Shown: piece by piece, positions 19,601-28,024 of the stretch | Numbering within the stretch: the first letter of the stretch is position 1 | How the letters are laid out: the number at the start of each line of letters is the position of its first letter | From: Alphaproteobacteria bacterium | GTDB taxonomy: Bacteria > Pseudomonadota > Alphaproteobacteria > SP197 | Length of the DNA: 64,000 bases | NCBI GenBank assembly: GCA_965221115.1 | Contig: CBDCRU010000002.1 | Span: 452,045 to 516,044 of the forward strand | Direction: 5' to 3' | Notes under the pieces: generated by a model | The model's database searches: none | Seen by the model: the letters and a program-made list of their open reading frames with translations, nothing else | Told to the model about the DNA's origin: nothing | Translations under genes and position numbers: made by a program

Positions 19601-20235
19601 TCGGCCCCAGCGGCGCCGGCAAGACAACCATGGCCCACCTCCTGATGCGCTTCTGGGACTGCGACGAGGGCCGCATCACCCTCGACGGCGACGACATCAA
19701 GGACTACCGGCTCGATGACCTGAGATCACACACGGCCCTGGTCGCCCAGGACACCTTCCTCTTCAACGACACGCTCAAGGCCAACATCCTCATCGCCCGC
19801 CCCGACGCCAGCGACGATGACCTCAAAGACGCAATCGCCAACGCCTCCCTCGAGGACGTCGTGGCAAGTCTCAGGGACGGTCTCGACACCCGTCTCGGAG
19901 AGCGCGGCGCCCGCCTATCCGGCGGCCAGCGCCAGCGCGTCGCCATCGCCCGCGCCTTCCTCAAGGACGCCCCGATCCTCATTCTCGACGAGGCGACAAG
20001 CCATCTCGATGCCGTCAACGAGATGGCGGTCCGCCGCGCCCTCACCAGGCTCATGACCGACCGCACCACCCTCGTCATCGCCCACCGCCTCTCCACCATC
20101 CGCAATGCTGACATCATCGTCGCCATGGAGAACGGTCGCATCGTCGAGCAGGGAAGCCACGACGACCTCGCCTCTGGCGACGGCCTCTACTCTCGCCTCG
20201 TGAGACACCAGATGGCCACCGCCCGCGCTGCCTGA
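16639..20235 (+). CDS. fused ABC exporter, TMD-NBD-TMD-NBD (CydDC-like thiol/glutathione exporter type)
   Basis: 1198 aa. Two NBDs with Walker A GPSGAGKS/T, signatures LSGGQRQRIAIARA and LSGGQRQRVAIARA, and Walker B ILVLDEA/ILILDEA. Each NBD is preceded by a six-helix TMD. Confidence 0.85.
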   Translation: MYFDRRLWAFTEGVRGRMAFSVIVGLAAACVGVARLALLGWLIAMVFEGRPFADLIVPIAIVGGVMVARGLLEYVRVMVAHETAARVQIAIRKRIYDKAVILGPAWFGQQRTGDVVLSVVDGVEQLETYFGEFLPTLLIAIVTPVAIFAFVAFLDLPVAAVLVTGAVLALVLPMAFHRLDYQASINRSRAYGEFGAEFLDAVQGLATLKAFGQSTARAIALAAKAKALAFGTLWVTAVNSLGRGITDASIAIAAAAALGYGAFRVEAGLMELSTLLIVLMMGIELFRPLRDMRTQLHTGMLGQSATEAIFRVLDASPLVHEPATPTPTSNDDTISEGLAFEDVTFTYPGEADTTHENLSFSLQKGESVGVVGPSGAGKSSIVRLLLRFWDPEKGAITIGGRDIRTMTTDDHRRQIAVVNQDTYLFHGTVEDNLKFGKPDATEDEMEEACRLANAHDFISTLPSGYQTVVGERGIRLSGGQRQRIAIARAVLRDAPILVLDEALSAVDAENEAVIQQALFRLMQDRTTLILAHRLSSVIRADRILVLDDGKVVEEGPHDDLMERRGVYWTLMHEQASAPAARSDDFIAPDEVVSADRDRDMAARAAAEAEPTHGILRAEGLGWAGAAEVLLSFVSSERLRLFLTFIFGVSRVVSFIGVGVFSALVVARIANGEDWSGLLVWLAIAAPLAGILHWLESWFAHDMAFRLLARMRIRLFDKIDSLAPAYLLRRRTGDLSAMATQDIETIESFYAHTVAPAFVAVLTPAIVIGVLVSFGWPMAVALVPFLAIVALSPVMLRGRLDRLGSQAREALGELNAFTADSIQGLGEILAFRQIRERRNNFITIASAVYQARLPFFRDLTVQMAILEVATGLGGLAIIVTGAAMVTSGNLDGSLLPFFTLLAMASFLPVSEIAHVGRQLADTLGAARRLHAVDREPVTIADGPGINTTRTSGGAAITLEHASYTYPGRIEPAVSDVDIAIPAGSTVALVGPSGAGKTTMAHLLMRFWDCDEGRITLDGDDIKDYRLDDLRSHTALVAQDTFLFNDTLKANILIARPDASDDDLKDAIANASLEDVVASLRDGLDTRLGERGARLSGGQRQRVAIARAFLKDAPILILDEATSHLDAVNEMAVRRALTRLMTDRTTLVIAHRLSTIRNADIIVAMENGRIVEQGSHDDLASGDGLYSRLVRHQMATARAA

Positions 20236-20793
20236 TAACCCCGTCAACCTCGGCGGATGGCGTCTGACAAAAAGGGTCCGGTTCAAAACAACGTGCTTCA
20301 ACAGTATCCAGGATGGTTTCATTCAGACCGGTAGTTTGATGCGACCAACTTCTTTCGAGAGCGACCTTCCCGGAAGCGCAACCGCTTACCCACTTCTTCA
20401 GCGAAAATCGGATTCAGATGTTAGTTGCAGTCCTCAAGTTTGTGTGTCGTTTCTCCGACTGAGCGCCAGTCTGCGGCTGGGGTCCATCTCTGCACATAGT
20501 GAAGCATGTGAAGCACAGGTCTTCACTGCTCATGGTTTCCTCTATTGCCTCCTTCTGGGCCATGTGTTCCCGGCTGGCACGAACGATGTCTTATCTCGCA
20601 GGGACAACCACTCCATCTCTATCCATCGGCCGACTGTTACGGGCAGACATCGGACGATGAAGGACGGAGAAGCAAAGCAGTATGACGGAACTCAGACAGT
20701 CTAGACGTAATGCGAACGACTTGACAAAGAGATAGCAACGATATATGTTGTGCGCAACACTCTATATTTGGATCCACGAGGAGAAGAAGAACA

Positions 20794-21486
20794 ATGACAA
20801 ACCGATTCAACGAAATGTCGGACTCCAAGACATGGAACATCCTTGTCCGCGCCGCGAGGCATGCGCTGGAGGAAAATGGCCTGTCACCCTCACGCATGCC
20901 TGGTCGCGGAAGATCGAACATATGGGAAATCGAGGAAGAGGGCCGCCGCAAGAAGGTGTCCATCCGGACCACAAAGAACAGGTGGTTCGCCTTTCCGCCT
21001 GTGCATGGAGGCGCCGAATGGAAGACGCTGGACAAGGTGGAGATTGTGGTGGTCGCGGCTGTCGATGATCGTGAATTCCCACAGAGTGTCGAAGTGTACC
21101 GGTTCGACGCCGATGAGGTCCGGAAGCGGTTCGACGCGTCATACGAGGCGCGCATCGAAGCGGGTCACATCGTCAGAGAGAATTTCGGCATGTGGGTGAA
21201 CCTCGACGTCGATGATCGTGAGCTTCCGGTGTGCGTCGGGGCGGGACTTGCAAACGAACATGCCCCTATCGCCGTTTACCAGCTTGAGGATGTGATCAAG
21301 GAGAGTAGCACGGAGAGAGTCGAGGTCGCGGCCGGCGGGGAGGAAGGAGGCGATAACGAGAGCGGTCCCTTCAGTGCGGCACCCGACACAATCGCGGACG
21401 TTATGGAGTGGGCGCGGAAACGTATCGCGACGATTTCCGGAATGCGCTTGGAAGCAGTGAAGTTGGATTGCCGCCTAGAGACGTGA
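20794..21486 (+). CDS. hypothetical protein (230 aa), first gene inside the accessory island
   Basis: ORF with a plausible start. No motif recognised. Confidence 0.4.
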   Translation: MTNRFNEMSDSKTWNILVRAARHALEENGLSPSRMPGRGRSNIWEIEEEGRRKKVSIRTTKNRWFAFPPVHGGAEWKTLDKVEIVVVAAVDDREFPQSVEVYRFDADEVRKRFDASYEARIEAGHIVRENFGMWVNLDVDDRELPVCVGAGLANEHAPIAVYQLEDVIKESSTERVEVAAGGEEGGDNESGPFSAAPDTIADVMEWARKRIATISGMRLEAVKLDCRLET

Positions 21487-22251
21487 GATGAGGCGGTAGA
21501 GAGGGGTAAGACTGTTCGCAGACCACACCGTCGACGACCCCCGGCGCGCATGTAGGAACGGGTCAGATGGCCAAACGGCACTGGTGCGACGTCGCGGCGG
21601 AGTCGCCCGTTCAAGCAAAGACCAAGTCAGTAGAGTCGTGGCCTGTGGACTGCTCGCTCCGGCGCAGGGACCTCGCGGTGGTCCACAGAAAGAGACAGCG
21701 TTTGCGTTTGGAGAAGACGACTCGGGCAGCAAATCAGCCGCGGTTCATAGGCGGAAGCCAGAAGCCGGCGTTGAGAGCATGTTTTCTGCCACCACTCAAC
21801 GGTTCATCGTGGCCGCAACTGGAGTCAGGTTGAGCAGGTCCGACGCGAAGGGCTTTGGAGGGCGAAAGGCCATGTCTGCTCATGCTTCGTGCGCCACAAG
21901 TTTGACTAGCGTGATACCGGGCTCGACAAATACGAACAGCAGTGTGACGTTCTATTCGTTTTGTTTGTCCCTGTCGAATGGCGGCTCGACCGTCACAGTT
22001 GAAGTGGCCTCGACCCGATGGCTGATCCTCAGCCTTAGTCGACCGGGTCCGGACTCGGGAGGGGTACAGTTGGCGTTGGTGCAACGAAGGGCTCAAGGGG
22101 TGCCGACCGAGACGTCAGTCCGCAAGCGGTAGGACCGCTGGAAGGACAGATCCGGGGGAATCCGGTCGATCTTGCAGTTTCAAGTGAATTCTCCTTCAGG
22201 AATGGAAATTCGGAGAACAAGTCTGACGGGCAGTAGTTAGGGAGCAGTGAA

Positions 22252-22794
22252 TTGACAAACATCGCGTGCCTTGGTTGGGGCTCACTGATCTGGGATCCTC
22301 GGGGCCTGCCTGTCCGGCGAGGCTGGTTCGATGATGGCCCACTGGTTCCTGTAGAATTCGCGCGGCTATCCCAAGATGGGCGGATCACCGTAGTCGTGGT
22401 GGATTCGGCTCGACCGCTGCGCTCTTTGTGGGCGTTGATGGACGGGGAAGACCTGCAGGAGGCGAGAGTACGCCTCCAGGAACGCGAGGGTGTGAGTAAT
22501 CGGGAATACATAGGGAGCTGGACGCGTGGCGATGGCGACTCCCCTTCTCTGCAGGGTCTCGCCGAATGGGCGTTCACCCGGAATATTGATGCGGTCGTTT
22601 GGACGGCGTTGCCGCCCAAGTTCGACAAGAGAAATGGGAGGCTGCCCACGGAAGATGAAGTGATCGCGTATCTCCAAGCGCTCAGGGGCGCAAAACGCGA
22701 CGAGGCCGAACGCTACATTCGGCTCGCGCCGCGCCAGATCGATACTGCGTATCGACGTCGAATCGAAGCGGAGCTCAATTGGGCGCCGGAATGA
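22252..22794 (+). CDS. gamma-glutamyl cyclotransferase-like (GGCT/ChaC/AIG2-fold) protein
   Basis: The N-terminal CLGWGSLIWDPRG resembles the ChaC/GGCT start [YF]GYGSL[IM]W. 180 aa. Confidence 0.4.
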   Translation: MTNIACLGWGSLIWDPRGLPVRRGWFDDGPLVPVEFARLSQDGRITVVVVDSARPLRSLWALMDGEDLQEARVRLQEREGVSNREYIGSWTRGDGDSPSLQGLAEWAFTRNIDAVVWTALPPKFDKRNGRLPTEDEVIAYLQALRGAKRDEAERYIRLAPRQIDTAYRRRIEAELNWAPE

Positions 22795-23159
22795 GTCTTG
22801 AGATCATTTGCAACACGCAACGTGGAGATTCTCGAAACGTGTCTCGATGCGAGTGCCCAAATGAGGGAGTGGAACTGAAGATAGTGGGACTCGGAGAACA
22901 TCGATGAACTTCCGATCCAGGGGATGGTTCGGATGCACCGCGCTCGTGACCACCGCCTTTTGGCGAGTAACCGGAGCGGTGACAGTCGAAGATTCGAGAA
23001 GTGTTGGCCGTTGTCGGCCAATAGGTCAGAGCGTGGATGCTGTCAAACTGAAACATGGACCATACTCAAGGCTTCGGACGGTGGCAGTGACTAACAGTTG
23101 GAGTCATGAAATGGCCAAGCGAAGAAGGGTTGACCTGACCAAGGGCATGCGGGGAAAAG

Positions 23160-23834
23160 TTGATGCCAAGAAGAGCAGATCTCAGACGATTCTATAGTTT
23201 GGTGCGAAGGCTCGCGCCCAACATGGACGACAGGCACCTGCTTGGCCAACTTGAAAGTAGGGACTGCCCAAACCGAGGCGTTTACTTCTTCTTCGAGGAT
23301 GGCGAGCGGAGATCAGGCAGCGGAAATGGCGATCGCGTGGTTCGAGTGGGATCCCATGCACTGAACGCCGGAGAGACCACAACCTTGTGGGACAGGCTGT
23401 ACGATCACCGAGGTGCCGATTCACCACGTCAACGACAAAGCGGGTCGGTATTTCGAAATTGCGTTGGGAATGCCATCTGCCGTCGCAATCGTACTTTGGG
23501 GCCCGTGGATTGGCCGCACGACTCGAATCACGGAGATGTCGTTCGAATAGAAAGACTGATAAACCGCCATATGTGGCAGATGCCCGTCATTTTCATTCCA
23601 GTAAACCACCGCGTCCACCGCAGGTACATTGAGCGTAACGCAGTCGCGCTGCTGAGCGAGTATGGAGAAGAGAATCCTATAGATTGTCAATCCGGACGCT
23701 GGCTCGGTCGGCGGTGTAGCACGGAAAAGGTGAGGGAGTCCGGTCTCTGGCAAAGCGAATATGTCAACCACTATCACCGACCAGAATTTCTCGACCTGCT
23801 AGAAATGTATGTGGACCGGACCCTATGTCGCTAG
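23160..23834 (+). CDS. GIY-YIG-like nuclease-domain protein
   Basis: The N-terminal region RGVYFFFEDGERRSGSGNGDRVVRVGSHAL...LWDRLYDH matches GIY...YIG...R..H spacing. 224 aa. Confidence 0.4.
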   Translation: MMPRRADLRRFYSLVRRLAPNMDDRHLLGQLESRDCPNRGVYFFFEDGERRSGSGNGDRVVRVGSHALNAGETTTLWDRLYDHRGADSPRQRQSGSVFRNCVGNAICRRNRTLGPVDWPHDSNHGDVVRIERLINRHMWQMPVIFIPVNHRVHRRYIERNAVALLSEYGEENPIDCQSGRWLGRRCSTEKVRESGLWQSEYVNHYHRPEFLDLLEMYVDRTLCR

Positions 23835-23864
23835 CAAGTAGAACTGTCCGGTTATCGTAGCACA

Positions 23865-24893
23865 TCAATTGGCTGCTTCTGTTGGGGTTGCTGGCCCTGT
23901 GGGGAAGTGGTCAGGCGCGGAGCGGCTGTCCACTTGTCCACAGGGCGCCTTCGGGTCGCGTCGTAGCGGGTCACGCGGCCTTCCGGGTGTGAGTGTCGAT
24001 GGGGACTGCGTTGCTCCGGTACCGGGCGAGGCATCGTGGTCCATGGAAGACGGCCAGGGTGCCGTCGGGGTACTCGTGGATCCGGACGTGCGCCTTGACG
24101 TAATGGGGGCGATCCGGGCCAGCGGGGAGCTGCAGGATCCGTCTGCCGTAGCGCACGGTGTTGTCGCGGCCGACGATGCGCTGTGCGTGGAGGCACAGGA
24201 TGTCGTCGATCTGGTCGGGCCGGAGCAGCGGCACGAAGGCTGAGTCTTCAAGCTCGGGCGGGATCGCGAAGTGGCGGTTGTGGTCGGGCAAGTAGGTGTC
24301 CTCGATGAAGCGGTTGGCGGCCTCGATGGTGGTGATACCGGCGAGATCGAGTTCCGTGACCAAGCGGTCCTGGAGGGTGCCGAAGACGCGCTCCGAGCAA
24401 CCCCTCGCCTCGGGAGAGTAGGCGGCGATGTGCTCGATGCCGAGCTGATGGAGCGCCCTTCCGACCTGGGTGCGCCGGTCCCTGTCCACCTTGTCGCCGG
24501 CTTCGGGGGTGTGGAAGTAGTGGCTGCCGCGGTCGGTGTAGAGCGCGCCTGGCAGGCCCTGGGCCGTGAACACCTGCTTGAGCGCCCGGAAGGTGGACGC
24601 GGTGCCTCCCTCGCCGAAACCTTGCCGAGCCGGCGATCGAACAGTCCCTCCAAGCCTTCCTCCTCGTAACGCTGCCGGTAGTGCCGGAAGTTGCGCTCCG
24701 ACATCCCCAGCAACTCCGCCGCATCCATCGCCGAGAGACGCTTCTCCTCAAAGCGTTCCAGCTCATCCCGAAACTTCTCCATCCTGCGTTCCTGAAGCCA
24801 TGCCGTCCGGTTCATCAGGGCGCCTCCCACCGGGACACCTAACCGGACAACTCGTGTGCTACCTAAACTGGACAGATCATGTGCTACCGACAC
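23865..24893 (-). pseudogene. IS481/ISNCY-like DDE (rve) transposase, frameshifted and internally deleted
   Basis: The HTH N-terminus frame (...GLFDRRLGKVSAREAP) switches to the catalytic frame (ALYTDRGSHYF...YSPEARGCSERVFGTLQDRL) near 24600. About 100 residues including the first catalytic Asp region appear to be missing. Confidence 0.65.
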
Positions 24894-24944
24894 CTTTCCT
24901 CAGCAGGTGTTGCGAGCAGCGTAATGCTGCGTTAAACTGCTCCA

Positions 24945-25145
24945 ATGGCAAGACCTCGAGGAAAACAGAAGACTGAGCGGGTGACCATCAACCTAGATCC
25001 TCGCTCCTATGAGATTTTGCTCAACGTGGCCAAACGCAATCAGGCACCCGTCGCACAAGTCGCACGGAGAGCGGTGGTGGAATTTCTTCGGCGAGAAGAA
25101 CCATCCATGGATCAATGGACGCTACCGCTGGAACCACAGGCATGA
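24945..25145 (+). CDS. ribbon-helix-helix (CopG/Arc-like) DNA-binding protein, candidate controller of the methyltransferase operon
   Basis: 66 aa. TINLDPRSYEILLNVAKRN...VARRAVVEFL is a typical RHH. Its stop overlaps the M1 start (ATGA). Confidence 0.6.
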   Translation: MARPRGKQKTERVTINLDPRSYEILLNVAKRNQAPVAQVARRAVVEFLRREEPSMDQWTLPLEPQA

Positions 25146-26365
25146 GTCCATGGGAGCGGGTTGGTGCGTCCGCGGCCTTGGAGCAACTCAACATGGACTT
25201 CGGACCGGTGACGGAAGACTTCGAGTCCGAAACTGCCCGCGACTTCGATATGTCCCCGGAGGAAGTACTCCAAACCGTAGATTGGGACTTTCCCGAACGT
25301 AGCGTCCAGGAGCCATTGGAAGCCATCCATCCCTATCCCGCTAGGTTCATCTCTGAAATTCCGCGCTCTCTGCTGGACGCACTGCCGTTACCATCGGGAG
25401 CCATTGTCCTCGACCCATTCTGCGGCAGCGGAACCACGCTAGTCGAATGTCAGCGCCGTGGAATTCCTGCGATCGGCATCGATCTCAATCCGATCGCCTG
25501 CCTCATGAGCCGTGTCAAAACTACACCAATTGCTGCAGGTCTTCGGGCTCACGCACTTGCCGTAGCCGAACGTGCGAGGACGGGGCCTGCAGTCGCCATT
25601 CCCGACATTCCCAACCTGGATCACTGGTTCCAGCCAGACATTCAAGACCAGTTGGCAAGACTCCTGGATGCCATCGATTCCTTGCCTGTTCCCGAACAAG
25701 ACAGCTTGAAGCTTGCCCTGTCGAGCATCATTGTGCGCGTGTCGAATCAGGAGAGTGATACGCGGTACGCGGCGGTCTCGAAGGACGTAGGCCCGGATGC
25801 TGTGCGGTCCTTGTTTCTGAGGGCGACAGAACGCTTAGAAACGGCGTTGCGCGCACGGCGCTATCGACTGAGTTCCGTGAGTGTGATCCAAGGGGATACT
25901 CTCAGTGTAGAACCTTCAAAAATTCGGGCTCCCGTGGGACTCGTCATCACATCGCCACCGTACCCAAACGCGTACGAGTACTGGCTGTATCACAAGTACC
26001 GCATGTGGTGGTTGGGATTCGACGCGCTGAATGTCAAAGAGCGAGAAATCGGTGCTCGGGCTCATTTTTTCAAGAAGAACCACCATACGCCGGAAGATTT
26101 TTCCCGCCAGATGCGCCAAACATTCGCACTGTTGGAATGCATTGTGATGCCGGGTGGGTATGTCTGTTTCGTTGTAGGGCGTTCGCAGATCCACGGGCGA
26201 ATTGTCGACAACGCGAAAATCATCTCCGAGGCTGGCGCGACGTGTGGGTTCAGCGCCTATTTCGCCACCGACCGCCTCCTTGCGGCCCATCGTAAGTCGT
26301 TCAATCTCTCTCACGCAAACATCAAGAAGGAGACGATCCTAATCCTGAGGAAGGAACCCTTCTGA
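25142..26365 (+). CDS. DNA amino-methyltransferase M1 (N6-adenine or N4-cytosine)
   Basis: Motif I VLDPFCGSGTT precedes motif IV SPPYPNAY. Translationally coupled on both sides. Confidence 0.8.
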   Translation: MSPWERVGASAALEQLNMDFGPVTEDFESETARDFDMSPEEVLQTVDWDFPERSVQEPLEAIHPYPARFISEIPRSLLDALPLPSGAIVLDPFCGSGTTLVECQRRGIPAIGIDLNPIACLMSRVKTTPIAAGLRAHALAVAERARTGPAVAIPDIPNLDHWFQPDIQDQLARLLDAIDSLPVPEQDSLKLALSSIIVRVSNQESDTRYAAVSKDVGPDAVRSLFLRATERLETALRARRYRLSSVSVIQGDTLSVEPSKIRAPVGLVITSPPYPNAYEYWLYHKYRMWWLGFDALNVKEREIGARAHFFKKNHHTPEDFSRQMRQTFALLECIVMPGGYVCFVVGRSQIHGRIVDNAKIISEAGATCGFSAYFATDRLLAAHRKSFNLSHANIKKETILILRKEPF

Positions 26366-27852
26366 TGCGTCTAACCTGGCATGGATACGCCTACTACCCG
26401 TACGAGCGGGAACTTGCGACCAGAGAGATAGCGGCCTTGCTCGGAAACGGCAACATGCAGACGGTCAGCGACGGCATTGAACTACGCGGAACAGTTTCCG
26501 CTGGCCCGGCCGAACGTCTCACTTACTTCTCCGGACGGATCAACGGTAGCGGTTTCGAGCCGACCATCCAAGCAAAGCTGGAACAAGCGGCACGCATTGG
26601 CGAGAAGAAACAGGCAACCCGCTATTCGGTCCATGGCTTGCACGAATACAAAGGCAAGTTCAATCCACAAGTCGTACGGGCGCTGCTGAACATCTTCCAG
26701 GTCGAACCAGGGCAACGCGTCATGGACCCGTTTTGCGGAAGCGGGACGACACTTGTGGAGTGTGCACACTTGGGGGCGTTCGCAGTCGGCATGGACATCA
26801 ACCCGCTGGCTACCCTCATCGCACGCGCCAAGCTGAACGCGCTTTGCACTCCGGTCGGGAAGCTCGAGAGAGAATTCGCGCGTCTCTCGCGATGGGCGCT
26901 GCAGCCCACGCTCACGAACGACGATGTACGTCGCGACGGCCGGATCGAATATCTAGAACGGTGGTTCAATGTCGGGATACTCGAGCAAATCGAGCTAGTG
27001 CGTTCCGCCATCGAGCGCGTCGATTCCGTGAGCGCCCGGCTCGTTTTTCTGACAATAGCCAGCAATTTGCTGCGCGACTACTCCCAACAGGATCCTAACG
27101 ACCTGCGTACGCGACGGCGCAAGTCCCCGCTTCCAGAGCTTCCGTTCACAGTCGCATTCCTCAAGGCCGTCCCCCCATTCCTGAAACGAGTCCAAGCGGC
27201 CCAGGATGTGCTCGGCTCCAATCTCCCTCGAGGACACGTGATACAGCGTGATACCACGGCAATTGCGATGGAGGAGGCAGGAGCGCCCTTCGACGCAGCA
27301 GTCAGCAGCCCCCCGTATGCGATGGCCCTCCCGTACATCGACACCCAGCGATTGTCTCTGGTTTGGCTGGGCCTGTGTCTACCCGATCAACTGGCAGACC
27401 TGGAAGCGCGGATGATCGGCAGCCGTGAAATGCGTGGCCAAGCACACCGCGTGTTGCTGCGGCGGCTAAAGGACAATGCCGACAACCTGCCTAGCTCCGA
27501 ATTCGACATTTGCCTCAAGCTACACCGGACTCTTGGCGAGAACGACGGCTTTCGCCGCAAAGCCGTGCCGCTCTTGCTGTACCGCTACTTCGCATCCATG
27601 CAGGCGAGTTTCCGAAGACTTCGAACCATGATGAAACCAGGGGCTCCTTACGGCCTGATTGTGGGGCACAATCACACGACAATCGGCGGTGTCCGGCACG
27701 AACTCAATACCCCTATGCACTTGGCCAGACTGGCAGGTGCAGAAGGGTGGAACATAGACGAACTGATCCCCCTGCAGACGTATCGGCGATACGGATACCA
27801 CGCGAGTAACGCGGTCTCCGCGGAAAGCCTGGTCATTCTGCGTAACGCGTAA
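26365..27852 (+). CDS. DNA amino-methyltransferase M2 (paralogue of M1)
   Basis: Motif I MDPFCGSGTT, motif IV SSPPYAMALPY. Same architecture as M1. Its start overlaps the M1 stop (TGATG). Confidence 0.8.
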   Translation: MRLTWHGYAYYPYERELATREIAALLGNGNMQTVSDGIELRGTVSAGPAERLTYFSGRINGSGFEPTIQAKLEQAARIGEKKQATRYSVHGLHEYKGKFNPQVVRALLNIFQVEPGQRVMDPFCGSGTTLVECAHLGAFAVGMDINPLATLIARAKLNALCTPVGKLEREFARLSRWALQPTLTNDDVRRDGRIEYLERWFNVGILEQIELVRSAIERVDSVSARLVFLTIASNLLRDYSQQDPNDLRTRRRKSPLPELPFTVAFLKAVPPFLKRVQAAQDVLGSNLPRGHVIQRDTTAIAMEEAGAPFDAAVSSPPYAMALPYIDTQRLSLVWLGLCLPDQLADLEARMIGSREMRGQAHRVLLRRLKDNADNLPSSEFDICLKLHRTLGENDGFRRKAVPLLLYRYFASMQASFRRLRTMMKPGAPYGLIVGHNHTTIGGVRHELNTPMHLARLAGAEGWNIDELIPLQTYRRYGYHASNAVSAESLVILRNA

Positions 27853-28024
27853 CAATTTACAGACTGCATTCCAGCGTCGTGTAGCGGCCGACTAGCTTGG
27901 TACCGGCGGCAAGTGACCCGGGAAAAGCCAGCATGCGCCTCGACCGACCAATTCCTTGCGTTGTTGGGCGGCATTGAACACATGTTGCAACGCTTCAAAC
28001 AAGTGCGACGCTTCGTCAACAAAC

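Noticed and set aside
21500-22250. ORFs 21584..22132 (+) and 21734..22096 (-) in the gap between island genes
   Set aside because: No start context, no motifs, overlapping frames. I treated the stretch as non-coding or decayed sequence.
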